Positions 1-13,090 are shown, numbered from the stretch's first letter. The stretch is 64,000 bases of DNA from Lama guanicoe (GCA_013239625.1 MU053881.1:12352879-12416878); one strand, 5' to 3'. The notes: generated by a model not told the origin, from the sequence alone. Program-made: numbers and translations.

Positions 1-789
1 ACTTGAAGACTATAAAACAATAAAACTAGCATGTAATCGAAGTGTACAACCTGCTTGCTAGAAAACACTTTTCATAAAGTGTCAGATGTGCATGAAGAGA
101 TTCCCCATATATATGTATAAAATAAATGCACAGAAACGAAAATATTTCTGTTGCATTTTATAAAATGCTTTGTCTCACTTGATCTCAATGGAGTCTCCTA
201 ACTTCCCTGAGATGAAAATTAAGTCCTATTTTCCTATTTTACAGCTATAGGTACGAAGTTCAGAGATGACCTGGGGCAAGTCACATGGGTGCACAAGGCT
301 ACTTAAATTCTCTATTCACTTTCCTCCACCAAAAAGCATTTCCTTCTTTTATTGTAACAAATGAATTCTCCTGGTCGTTCACCATGTTTCCTAAGGATGG
401 GGGTAAATGCTATCCTCCAGAGCTCCTTGCTGGTTTGTTTGCTGTCTGCAGACCTTTCCTTCATTCACGAATTAACAGCTTGTCCTCATATTAACCAGAT
501 GGATGGCTGCACCTGGTTAATTGGAGTTGTAAGATGGATAAGTAGATTAAAGAGCACGGTGGCTGGAGTGCTCACTGCTGGCCAGACATAATTAAGAAAG
601 CAGGAATGAGCGGATTCTACTGAGGCTTCAGCGAGGGAAAGGCTCAGTGGACTGATTTCCTGGAACTGCTTCAACTGCTAAATTATGAGAAGCCCTCCTC
701 GCTGCCGCACTGGGAGAACGTTGAAATTCTGCTGCTGAGAAGGCACAAATTCTCCTCTTTCCCTGAGATGTTCAGCATTTAAATCAATG

Positions 790-1390
790 TTTCTCAGAGT
801 GTGTCTATTGACCACCTATCTCAGAATCATCTGAAAGTTTATTAAAAATGCATATTTCTGGACCTCACCCAAAACCGACTAATTTAAGGGGTGGGGGTTG
901 ATGGTAGTGGCCAGGAGTCTCACCAATAACAACCTTCCTTCTAAAATTGGGAACCACTGATTTATTGCTATCCTCAAATATGTAGTATTTCTAGAATCAC
1001 CTAAAAAAGACTGCACAAATCCATACTTTGTGACCAATAACTCCCCTTGGCTACCAAAATATCCAGCAATTGAATCTCCAAAACCCCAGAAGTCCTTGAC
1101 AAAGCAAAGAATCTATGTCAGAACCCGAGAAGGTTTTATCTCAGAAGCCTTGTGCAACGCTTGTTAGAAATACACATTGCCGGCCTCAGCCCAGAACCAG
1201 TGAATCAGAAATTCTGGGGGCGGAGCACCCTCTGGACAAAGCTGAGGACCACTGCTCTAGACTGGTACTGCTCCACCTTCAGTGCACATATGAACCATCT
1301 GGGGGTCTTGTTAAAATGCAAATTGTTTCACTAGGTTTGGGAGCCAAAAGGCTCCCAAGCGATGTTCATGGACCACACTAGGAGTAGCGA
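790..1390. mobile_element. Cluster of degraded MER5-like hAT DNA transposon fossils
   Basis: Repeated motifs such as 'cagaatcatctgaaagtttattaaaaatgcatatttctggacctcacccc' and 'gaatcagaaattctgggggcggagc' resemble the recalled MER5A/B consensus; boundaries approximate. Confidence 0.6.
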
Positions 1391-3159
1391 AACTCTAGGT
1401 CATTTATCTAATGTCATGAGAGAAAATTCATATGGAAAAAAAGAAAAAAAAGAGCAGGTCCCCAGGCCTAGGCTGACATGGTCGGTCAACCCACATACTC
1501 CAACCACAGAAAGTGTAGCAGCTAAAACATCACCAGCTGGCTTTGAGCTCCAAGTACTACGGATGCATTTGGCCTGACTGGCCCACAGGCCATCCTCCAT
1601 AAACGCTGACACCCGAGATCACGCATTTTTACGTGACTAGGAAAGGAAGCCAAAAGTGGTTTCGCAAGGATCAAATTCTGGCTTGTCCTCCGTCCGCTAA
1701 TAGGCTCTGGTAAATTGTACCAACTCTCTCTAGAGTGACACTGCGGTGTAGACAGCTCTGGTCAGGGACTTGGGGACCCCCTATTCTCGTCCCAGCTCCT
1801 GTCTCTTCACTGGGCCTTGACTTCCTCACAAACTGAACGATGGATTTGGGACCTTTGCCTGCCCCTGGAAGTCTGCGGTTCGATGGCCCATTCAGTCTTT
1901 TGTATTTATTACACTTGCTGTTCTGCTTCTGGAGCTGAAGACTGTCACTGCGCAACCTTTGCACTTGAGTTCAGTGACAGCACAGTTCTGCTCCTCTGAG
2001 CCAGCCTCGGTTGCTGGTCCAGGGAACGCAAACTTCGGCAACACGTGTATGAATTCAGACGCTACATGCTTCTTGCACTTGGACTTTTCACCTTTACCTC
2101 GGTATGTTTTAAATTATTCAGCCCTGACGTTCCATCACACTAAAATGCCTAATTTGGAGTATCATCACATACAAGATTAGTTTGCCTGGCTGTCAAGGAT
2201 TTACTAAGTAGCCCACGTCCGCTGAGATGAGGCATGTATAAATTAGAGAGTGCGGATTTGCTTCTAAAAGGAACCTACCAGAATAATTTGTGCAATAAAG
2301 ACTTTGAATAGCTAGTAGGTTTATAGAATTTCTCTAGTGTAATTAGGAGAGGCATTGTTGTGTAATGAAGAAAATTAATTAGAACTAAGTGTTTAGGGAA
2401 TGTCTGGTTAGGTAACCAAAGGCATATTTGCAGCCTAATTGTTTTTTGGCAGCTGGAGGCATTTTATACCCTTTCTGAGTGTTTAGTTAATGGATATTTT
2501 AACATGCCTTACTGTTTGCTTTTCCTTAAATTTAAACTTCCATATTAAAAAAAAATTCATCAAAGGTTTGAACCAAGTGTATATCCCACTGGAAAAATGC
2601 CTCAGTTACCTGATTTATTTGATCATACTGTCTGCCAAATGTTAATTATTTTCAGAGGAAGTCCATATTGAGGCTAATTGGTATGCCCTCCTGTACCATA
2701 TATAATTACCGAGTTCTACTGTATGCTTACAAGACACAAACACCAAAACATTTTCTAATATTTTGCCAATATTTCTTCTAACCTGCAACCAGCTCACAAA
2801 TATTCTGTCTCGGGTCTTCTCTGGAACGAGGTAGAGTTTTTGAAAATACAGTACATTTTAAAATAAGATGGATTACCTATCCAGTTGGTTGGTAACTTTT
2901 TGAATATGCATAAAATTCTTAAGCAGACGTAGATTCGAATTCTAGTTCTGTCACTTACTGTGTGATCTTCGGAAAATTATTTAAACTATCTAAGGCTTAG
3001 TTTCATGATATGTAAATGAAGACAATAAGCCTTATAGGGTTATTGTGAAAATTAGACAAAATAAGTGTATTTTATTAAATTAGGACATTTTTGGTATCGA
3101 GAGAAATCTGACATGAAATAACTTCAAATGACATCAGAGAGGGAAATAGCTTTTGTTTA

Positions 3160-4520
3160 GAATAATTTTATATTTCCAAAAGAACTACAAAAATACTAGT
3201 TTCCCTATACCCTTCAGCGAGCTTCAAATATACACAATTTAGCTGTCATAAAATTATTAAAACCAGAAAATTAATATTGATGAAAATATCTTAATCTACA
3301 AACCTGATTAAAATTTTAGCAATCATCTTTTTCCAGTCCAGGAGCCCAAGTTGCCTCTAAGTTTCATATCCCCTTGGTCTCCACCAATCTGGGAACGCTC
3401 CTCAGCTTTTTTCATTCTTATCAGCCGAGGGGGGCTGAAGAGGGATTTGAAGAGGTGAGCTGCCCAACCAGAAAAATGCGCAAGGAGCCACCATACCGTA
3501 AAACAAAACTGCTCGAGGAGCTGACGTAGAGCAAAACAACACCCCATTCTAGTTCAGCAAGATGGCGCGCGCCCGCGAGGCGCGCTTGTCCTGCTTTTAT
3601 CTGTTTTGCCCGCACACGCGCAGTGTTCGTTTCTTTGCCCGTACGGCTTACCTAATGCTACTAGCGCATGCGCACCTTTACTTTCTTTGTTCATCAGGCT
3701 TACATAACTGGCGCATGCGTAGTGTTTACGCTACTGGCGCATGCGTACATTTACCTCTTACCAGGCGTAAGCTATTGTGAACTTTGGGCTGGGCCCCATG
3801 GCCTATTCACTTAAGGCTGCGGACAGTTCTCTTGACCTCAACAGGTTTGAAGAATACTAGCCATTTTGTAGAAGCCCCTCTATTTGAGTTTGTCTGATAT
3901 TTTCTCATGATTTGGAGTGAGGTTATGCGTTTTGGTGAGAATACCACAGAAGTGCCCTTGTATCCTTCTTAGTGCATCATACCAGGAGCCACATGTCAGT
4001 ATGTCTCACTGCTGTGATGTTAACTTTGATCACCTGGTCCATCTGGTATCTGCATGGTTTCTTCACTGTAGAGTTCCTAATTTTTCCTTTGGAAGTATTT
4101 TGTAAGAATACCTTGTGACTGTGCAAATATGCTTTTTTCTCATCATAATTTTGCCCACTCATTTTAGCATCCCTCAGTGATTATTGCCTACAACAATTAT
4201 TACTGTGGTGTTTGGCAAATGGTTTCTATTTCCACCATGCATCTCACATTTATTAATTGGAATTTTACTGTAAGGAAGAGCTGTCCCATCTCACTGATTC
4301 ATTTGTTTATTCAAGTATTTATTTACTGATATATGGACTCAAAAATACTTATTCTATAGGATGTAATCCATTACTATCTTTTTATTTTATTTTATTGCTA
4401 AAATCGCCCCAGATTGGCCATTGGAAGATCTTTCAAGTTGGTTCCTGTGTCTTTTTTGACATGCCCCTGGTTTGTCTGTCTGTTTGTTTGTTTAAGTCGT
4501 TCCTCACTTTCTGGCACTTT
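3160..4520 (-). mobile_element. Old L1 (L1MC-type) 3' fragment, interrupted by the insert at 3419-3825
   Basis: 'aatctgggaacgctcctcagc' and 'tttgagtttgtctgatattttctcatgat...gaataccacagaagtg' match the recalled L1MC4-like 3'UTR and join colinearly when the insert is removed. Confidence 0.6.
3419..3825 (-). mobile_element. 407-bp CpG-rich solo-LTR-like insertion with NRF1/YY1/TATA-like motifs
   Basis: Minus strand starts TGTCCGC and ends GCTGATA (imperfect terminal IR). Flanked by attct (3414-3418) and gttct (3826-3830), a 5-bp TSD with one mismatch. About 27 CpG by hand count. Confidence 0.65.
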
Positions 4521-4599
4521 CGATAATTCCAGCTTTGGAATGAGCCAGTTCTCCAAGAAAACTCAATGTCATTTCAAGTTCAAGGCAATGAAGCTGGTT

Positions 4600-5400
4600 T
4601 TAAGCACAGCTGAATCAAAGGGTTCAACTGATGTCATTAGGAATTCAAATCTTTCAAACTTTTGGCTCTCCTATTCTCAGTTTCATTCTTAGGCAAGTGC
4701 TTACACATTGTGGCCAAGATGGCTGCTAATGCTTACTCTTACAACCATTTTTCCTAAAGGAAAAAAAAAACTCCTGATAGTCATAGTAAAAGTCCAGTGG
4801 AGAGGTCATATTAGCACTGTTACGGAAATGACAGGCCAGCCAAGAAACAAGCACCACTCGGAGGGTTGGAGTATTCAGATTTATTACGCCGGCGGGCTCA
4901 GAGGGGCTTCTGCTCCGAAGCTCTGAGCACCTCCAAGATGTGTGCATGAGGTTTTATAGGGTTAATTACAAGCTTGGGGTATTTGGCCAATAGGCATGGA
5001 ACAGCTTTAGCAACATCATTATCACAAAAGTAGAGGCAGGGAGGCAGGAAACCAACATTTCAAGGCCAGATATGTCTCTTTGAAAACCCAGCTGGCTAGC
5101 AAAAAAAAAACATGAATAGGGAATCAGCAAACCAACAATAATTAACTCAGATTTACAAGTTAGCCCAGCAGAACTCAGATTAGTAATCCGACACTTGTTA
5201 CACTTAGATTTGTGAGTTAGCTTGTTAGCCAGCTGGGCTTTTCCTTCACAGCACAACCTGGGTCATATGCCCACCTCTGATCCATTCTCTTTGCCCAGGG
5301 AATGGAGTGCTCTGCCCAGGTGTGTGTCACACGACCACAGGCAGGCAAGAGACATTAGTCCCATGAGAACCACATGGAATGGTGTTTCCTCAAGAAACGG
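4600..5400. mobile_element. Old MaLR (MLT1-like) LTR split by a younger LTR
   Basis: 'tggccaagatggctgct' and 'ctgggtcatatgcccacctctgatccatt...gggaatggagtgctctg' resemble MLT1J/K from recall. Confidence 0.45.
4818..5250 (-). mobile_element. 433-bp solo LTR, ERV1-like
   Basis: TG...CA termini; exact 4-bp TSD gcac (4814-4817, 5251-5254). In minus-strand order: CCAAT box (4987-4991), TATAAAA (4952-4958), AATAAA (4880-4885). Confidence 0.85.
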
Positions 5401-6705
5401 CTTTGATAAGATCTGCATGGGTTTCCACCATGCGTTACATCTATAAAGCTCTTCACTTAGTAAAATATATAGTGAATATACCTGTTTGGTGTTAAAACGG
5501 TAAGGTAACAATGCAAAATAACTGATTTCCCTATAATGGAATCCTACGAAGCTATTAAAAATAATGGAGCAGATGTAAATGCATAGCTATAAAATGACCT
5601 AAAAAACATATTATCCAGTGGAAAAAAAGCAAGATACATCACAGTATATAGGGCAAGCTTTCACCTGTATTTTAAAAAGGAGTATAAATTCATGGTCAAT
5701 CTCTGCACAGGCTATCTCTGGAAGGATATCTGAATAATCGGTAGTTTGCAAATAGTGGTTGTTCCAAAAACATTAATATGTTTGTGCAGCATTTTTACAT
5801 GTTTGATTCTCATCTCTTATTAGATTTCAAGATTCTTTAGGACAGAGATCATGTTCCTCTTGATAGTTCATGTGCACAGGAAATTTCACTTAGTAGATAC
5901 ACGATAAATGGCTGTAGATTAACATGCTTAGATTTACATACAGTAAAGCCAAGTAAAGAGAGGAGTGTAGAGACAAAGATTTGTCCAACTGAAGCTGAAA
6001 ATAATGTGAGGACTTATTTGAGGAGGCACTTGAATACAACAAACTTTTCATACTCTTATTTCGCATAAATAAGTGTAGTGAGAACTTGGCCAGATCCTGT
6101 GCATTCTACTGGCTGTTGAGATAAATCTACGAGAAAAGATACCTTTCCATTCTGTCCCCAGAAAACGGGTTACTCATCATGTTTATCCTGCAACCCAGTC
6201 TTGCACACAGACATCTGCAGTTAGATTTGCTATTGTAAAATTAATAGCCCGTGTGGTTCCCAGAAAGGGAACTTCCCACCGCACAGTGCATAGTTAGAAA
6301 CAGCTGGCCCCACGGCCAGGGACCATGCTGACTGCTGCCGAAGCATTTTCCATGGGTCATTGCCATTCTTGGAGCAGCGGACCTGCCCACCAGCTCTTCA
6401 TGATATGATACAAACCCACAGGCAGGTGGTTGCTGCTCCACTTCATTTCTTCATTCAAAACATTTCCTGAAGATCGTATCAATGAGCTACATGTAAAGTG
6501 AAATATAAACAAGTTCCAGATCAAAAACAAGTCCATCTAAGAACCTGTGACTGGGTACAACTTCAGAGATAGTGTCATCCTTGCCTAAGTGGACTGAATT
6601 GTTGAAAAGTCTGACAGTCTGAAAAGTCACACTGCCTGATGGTATATAAGAGAAAGGCAACTAGTAAACCACTTTCCTCATCAACGTGAGTAAACAGTTG
6701 GTAGA

Positions 6706-6820
6706 GGGGAGGGTATAGCCCAGTGGTAGAGTGCATGTTAGTATGCACAAGGTCCTGGGGTCAATTCCCAGTACCTTTTTAAAAAATGAAATAATAAATA
6801 AATTTTAAAAGTTAAAAAAA
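6706..6820 (+). mobile_element. tRNA-derived SINE (camelid Vic-1-like)
   Basis: ggggagggtatagcccagtggtagag A-box, degenerate B-box, A-rich tail; at least 7 copies in the window. Confidence 0.85.
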
Positions 6821-9474
6821 TCAGCTGATTTCATTTGCAAATTATGTCGTTAAGGAGAGAACATTAAGGAAGCAAAAGGGTTAGCTGACACTTAAAACTT
6901 TTTCAAGGACCTACTATAGCCACTAATGTTTCTGGGGGTTTTCTTCACACAAATAGTCCCATTTTACTGCTGTGGAAACTAAAGCTCAGAGAAGTCAGTT
7001 AACTTGCCCCAGGTCAAACAGCCATTGAAATGTCAGGGTCTGCATTTAGGATCTGACCTAAAGCAACAATTAGTTCTCCCAATTCTGCCGGTAGGTGAAA
7101 AGCAGACTCAGGGGCCAGATTGCCTGGGCGTGAATCCTGACTCCATCGCTTGTCAGTGGTGAGATTTAAACATGCTTCTCATTTATCATCACTGTGTCTC
7201 CCTTACTTCCATTTGTAAAAGACACAAGAACACAAGAATAGCAACTACCCAAAAGGGCTGTTTTGAGCATGAGTGGATTTACACAAGTAAAAGGTACTCA
7301 GTTAGCAATACTGTTACTAAGTCAGCGAGAGATGCTGACTCCGGAGAAACTCAGGACAAACGTACTTTGATGAGAAATAGAAAGGGGCGTGGATGAAACT
7401 GTAAATCAGAGGAAGGGAGATCAAGGCAAGAGAAACAATGTGGTGGTCTCAGCCATGACCTGCGGTGGGACTTGGGGGGTGGGAGTGGGAAACAGCTCCC
7501 CAAGAGAGAACATGGACCCATGACGATGGATAGAACATTAATGAAGCCAGACTTGCAATCAGAGTTGTCCTGTGGCTGGGAATACCCTGAAGTTTGTTTT
7601 TCAGTGGCTTTGCTGTTGTTATTGTTCCGTATTCTTTACACAGAAAAGACATTGCTTTGTTGAAACATCTCAAAAGCAATTGTGTAAAAAGTGAAGTCTA
7701 TGCAATTTGAACTCCTGGGAGAGATTCAGTCTACCTTCCTCAGCTCATACACAGGCTTCTGGAAACAAAGCACCAACTTTGATTCCTAAATGAGCATCCG
7801 TCCCCATGGTTCCGTTACTCAAAGCTTCCAGCAGCACAGAACCTAATAGTTCATGCTCCACAGCTGGTTTCTGAGCCTGGGGCATCCAATGACTTTTGAG
7901 AGAGCTTCGTGATGGGTTTGCTTCCACGGGATTTGGATCAAGATGAAAAATGAGCCCAGGGTTATTTGGAAACAGATCGTATTTAAGAGACCTTCAAACA
8001 CTTCACAAATAAAACATGGTCTATGAATATTGTATAATACCCTTCTAATAACTTCCCACTCACCAGTGTTTATCACAGGAGGAGAATCCGCAACCGGTAG
8101 ACCCATACTTCAAAAGTTAGGAAATGGAGGACAAAATCCAAGTGGTTCGAGACAGTTGAAAATCACTTTACTCAGAGGGGAATAGCAGTTCATAAGGGAA
8201 GGAAATTGCATTTGAATTTCCCAGCATTGTGATAAAAGTATTCTATCTAGATGATGCCTATTTTTGACAGTATCCCCAGCCTTCAGCTCCCAGTCCATCA
8301 ACCCTTGTCCCCACCAACTCATTATCAGCCATCCATGGAGCCTTCATGGTTCTGTTGTCGCGGGGATGGGGTTATGCAGATCGAAGATCATCTGTCTATC
8401 TTTAATGCATAAAGTAGAAACCAAATGCAATAAATAAGCTCATGGACACTTAACAACTAAATGCCTTTTCAATCACCATCCATCACCCTCCTCTCCTGGC
8501 ACTGGTGCTAACCCTGACCTTTTGTTGTGGAGCAGAGCTGCCCTTTAGGACCTGCTCCACATTAGTGAGTCACATCTGCCATTTTTGCATTGCAGACCTG
8601 CTGGCTTAAAAATCAGCATTTATAAAGAAGCGTGTGAAGCAATAAAGAGCCAGGACAGAAATGTAATAAACAATGTTTTGAATTACATTTTGGACATTTA
8701 AAAAAAATGTTCTGGGCTCAATTTCCTAATGCATTTGCATTTGTAATGAAAAAAAAAAAACCGTCTCTGAGCTTCCAGTCTCAGGTTAACAGCCCCTTTT
8801 ATGTTGTAAATTTTTTGTAGGAGCAATTACAAATTGTACACAGATTCATTATTTCTTGAGTACTTTATCAGGACATTTCCCCATACATCTAATTTGTCCT
8901 TTCTGAGATGTAACTTGACATAAGGGATTTTCTTAATTGCTTCTGAAGCCCTTCCAAGATAATCAACTGCTTTTTGGAGGATGATAAAAGACAGTAGACA
9001 ATATTGCCAGTCTGTCTAAGGATCACATGCTGAAGTTTCTGGGTAGGAGATAGCAAAGAAAGGCAACATTTACCTCTGAAGCCATTCAGTATCTCTGTTT
9101 TAATTGGTTTCCATTTAAATGGCAGTGCCTATGAATAGCAAGAAGAAATTGCCCCATCTTTATCTGCCCCATTGCAGTGGCTGTCACCTGCGGGGGCAGA
9201 TGCCAGTCATTATTTACAAATGGACAAAAGTACAGTCTTTGTTATTCTAAAGAGTTCTAACCAAAGATTAGAGGAAAAATAAAATAACCAAATTTGGGGA
9301 GGAGAAGAAATGCTATCAAAAGCTGGTTGTGCTCCTGCAACCTTCTGTTTAACAATTTAAGCAAATAATGGAACACATTCATTTTAGGAGAACCTTTTTA
9401 CCTTGAGTTTTCAAGCTGCCAATTCTAAATAATGTCATATTTTAGTTACAGAACTGCATCTAACGTATACGGTG

Positions 9475-10048
9475 TATAGAATTATGGTTGCTCACAGCTG
9501 TCTATATCCTGACCCTTAGAAACTTACATGGCAAAATAGACTCTGTAGATGTGATTAAGGCTAGTGACCTTGAGATGGAGAGATTATCCTCCATCACTGG
9601 GAGACACCCATTTAAGATGCGTCCTTAAAAATTGGAAAAGCTTCCCTGACTGTGGTCAGGGAGAGATGAGACAGAAGGGTTGGAGAGATTCAATGTGAGG
9701 ACTCAACTGCCTGCTGCTGGCTTTGAAGACGGAGGGAGGAGGCCACAAGCCAAAGAATGTGGTGGCCTCTTGGAGTTGGGAACAACCTTCAGTTTATAAC
9801 CAGCAACAAAATGGGGGCCTCATTCCCACAGATGCAAGAAACTGAATTCTATCAACTACCTAAACAAGCAGGAAACGTATTCTTCCCTAGAGCCTCCGGA
9901 AAGGAATGCAACCTGGAGACAACTTTGATTTTAGTCCAGTGAGACCTGTGCCAGACTTCTGACCTACAGAACTGCGAGATAATACCATTTGTGTTGTTTA
10001 AGCCACTATGTTGGTGGTAATTTGTTAAAGGCGCCCAGAAAACCACTA
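9475..10048 (+). mobile_element. MaLR LTR (MLT1D-like)
   Basis: 'gatgtgattaagg...gaccttgagatgg...ctggctttgaagacggagggaggaggccacaagccaaagaatg...gacttctgacctacagaactg...ttgtgttgtttaagccact' is the MLT1 signature. Confidence 0.8.
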
Positions 10049-11859
10049 GGCGGTCCAAAGGATAATACCCTGTTCTGGCACCCAGGTCATCTTTGTAGTG
10101 CCCAAATACAAGAAATTCCATATTACTTGGATTATCAATTAGCATTTAGTCAGTACCACCCTGTGCAATGGAAACTCAAATTACTGCTTGCTAAAATCAA
10201 ATTAGATTATGTCTCACAAATGGAAAATATAAAGACTCTAATGTCCTTTCAGGAATCTGACATTATTAACTTAAGAACACTGACTGGGACGGTGGGTAAA
10301 GAATGAAAATCATTAGCTTTGTTTTAGATCAACAATATTAAGATGCATGCTGACCCTTAACCATCTCCCCAAAATTTGCTCTTGGCAGAAATCGGCAAAT
10401 TGATGATTATCAATTTTAAAGCTTAGCCTTGGCAGTCTGTAATAAGAAGTCCATGCGAGTTCAAGGAATGGTTAGATCTTTTCAACTAAAAGATACTCCA
10501 AAATGATAAAATTAAATAAACTGGTTGGCAGACTTAAGTGGATCATGGATGATGGATCTGTACTGAGTCATTAAGAACTCAGGAATATTTAGAGGTTGAC
10601 ATTATGAAAGATGACTTTCCTTCGTGCCGCTGAGAGACACATTATCAAACTAGACAGACGATGGTACCATTTCATATGGTGTTAGCTCACAAAGCACATA
10701 TTTTTTCCATCATCCATCCTGGTCTTCTAGTTTCACTGTGAACTCTAACCACAGAACAATGATCTGAAGGCAAGACCCTCATCACTCTTTCAACTATCCA
10801 ATGACTTAATATGTACTAAGCACATAGTCTAGGGGTGATACAGCATAAGGAGAGTAAGAAATTATTCTCTGCCCTTCAACATGCCCAAGTGTTTGACTTC
10901 TGGGTAAGTTTTAACATCTCATATTAAAAAATTTTGAAGCCTCTAACTCAAGTTTATGTTTCAAAGGCAACATTTTTGAGTTCTGTAATAAACTAGGGAA
11001 AAATTGGAATTGCTCAATAACATGTAGTATGCTTTTCAAAAATTAGAATGAAGATGGGGACCATGGAATGCCGAACAATCATGAGTATGAGCTGAGCAAT
11101 TTCATGGCCATCTTTTGATATACATCATCTTCAAATAAATACATGAATTTTGATTTATCCATTTTCCAGGTATAAAAGTACATGCATATAAAGTCATGTA
11201 TCTTGCCATTTGTCTGGCAAAATACAGAACTTTCAGAAGTTGTCAGGCTAAAACAGGTTACAAAAATAATCTATCTTCTTTGAAATCTTCTAAAATTTAT
11301 TTTCAAATGTAAAAGTATGCTCACTGTAGAAAAGGACTGCTAATGATAAGGTTTTCAAACAGACAGAATTTAATTCAGATTCCAATAGTAATTTATTACA
11401 AAGGTTTTGGCAAATTGGCAAGTTGGATATTTCCTTATTTCCTTCTGAAAGTGGCTGAAATGATTATTATTTTGTATTAAAACCCATGTGACACAGTGTG
11501 AACTGACTATATTTCAATAAAAATATATATACAAAAAATGTGAAATAAGCAAATACCTTTAGGTTGGACAGTGTTAGGTCAAGTATGTAACATAAAAATT
11601 GTCTGATTAAAAAATATTTACAATGCATTCTTTTCCTCATTCAGGTCCATATCTCAAGCAGTTTTCCGATTTTGATAACAAATTGTTTTTCCTGAATTCA
11701 CGCCTATTTCACAGACTGACACCCATTCAAGACCTGTAGCATATACGTGAGCTTATAGGTACAATCTGTGGGTGGACAACAGAACATCAAGTCCCACAAA
11801 CTTGAAAGTTTTAGACACTGGGCCCAATAAAAACATGCTCTAAAGATTCCACACAACCA

Positions 11860-11985
11860 GAGGAGAGTATATAGCTCAGTGGTAGAGTGCATGCTTAGCA
11901 TGCATGAGGTCCTGGGTTCAATCCTCAGTACCTCCATTAAAAAAGTAAGAAATAAGTAAACCAAATAACACCCCCCCCAAAAAAA
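11860..11985 (+). mobile_element. tRNA-derived SINE with exact 14-bp TSD
   Basis: TSD attccacacaacca at 11846-11859 and 11986-11999; A-box tagctcagtgg, B-box ggttcaatcc. Confidence 0.92.
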
Positions 11986-12169
11986 ATTCCACACAACCAA
12001 AAGCACATCTGTTAGAAACTGATTAAAAACTGTGAGTCACTCACTGATACAAGAGAATAAACCCCGCCATGAAAGAATACCTAGTTTTGGTGCTCTTCTG
12101 GTTCATGGTGGCCTGTTGGTGCAGTGCCTCGTGGGCTGGGAGGGGGCACATGGTCACTGGCATCCACGC

Positions 12170-13090
12170 CAGGGCCCAGGGGTCAAGGATACTCAACTGG
12201 CTCATGGAGGCCTGCGTGGTGAGGGGAGCAGGGGGAACTTGGTGTGATGGGAAAAATGGTCCTTACAGATGAGCAAATGAGTATGTTGAGAATAGTGGGC
12301 ACTAGGTTCTTCACTGTCAAACAAAGGAACTACAAACTATAAGAGGAGGGAAGGAAGCCAAGATAAACCCTGTGGAGCAATACTAGAAATGGAGGCATCA
12401 ATGTGAATATATGCTTTCTTACATAAAGAGATGTCAAAAATGTCAAGATCATGAAAGAGAAAAATAGACCAAAGAACGATTCTAGATTCTGAAGCTAAAG
12501 CAGGAGAACAAATGTCATAAGTAATTCTGGCCTGGGCAGCGTTGTAAAGGACATCATTAGGACAATGGACAAAACATGAACAGGGTCTACGGATTAAATG
12601 ATAATATGATATCCATGTTAACTACTTGACTTCGATGGTTATATGAAGGAGTTACATGGAAGTGTAGTCTTACTTTTAAAAAATGTACACAAGAAGCCAG
12701 GAGAGGATATAGCTAAGTGATACTAAGCGATAGAGTGTGTGCTTAGCATGCACGAGGTCCTGGGTTGATTCCTTGTACCTCCATTAAAATAAATAAGCCT
12801 AATGATCCCCCATCCCCCCTAAAAAAAAACAATAAAAAATACACTTGACTTTATATACTAAATAGGTGAGTAGGTATCATGACTCCAATCTACTCTTAAA
12901 TGGTTCAGGGAAAAAATTACGTAAGATCATGTGTATCTGTGTAGAGAGAGAAAGAGAAAATGATAGGATAAATGCAGCGAAGTGCTGAAAATTGGAGAAC
13001 CTGAAAGGGGGAATACAGGTAAACTGTATGGTATCATGCCAACATTCCCTAGGAACTGAAATTTCAAAATGAACAGGGAAAAAAAAAAAA
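12170..13090 (+). mobile_element. Old L1MC-type 3' fragments containing a nested tRNA-SINE (~12700-12838)
   Basis: 'aaggacatcattaggacaatggacaaaacatgaacagggtctacggattaaatg' is L1MC-like. The SINE head has a local duplication ctaagtgata/ctaagcgata. Confidence 0.6.
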
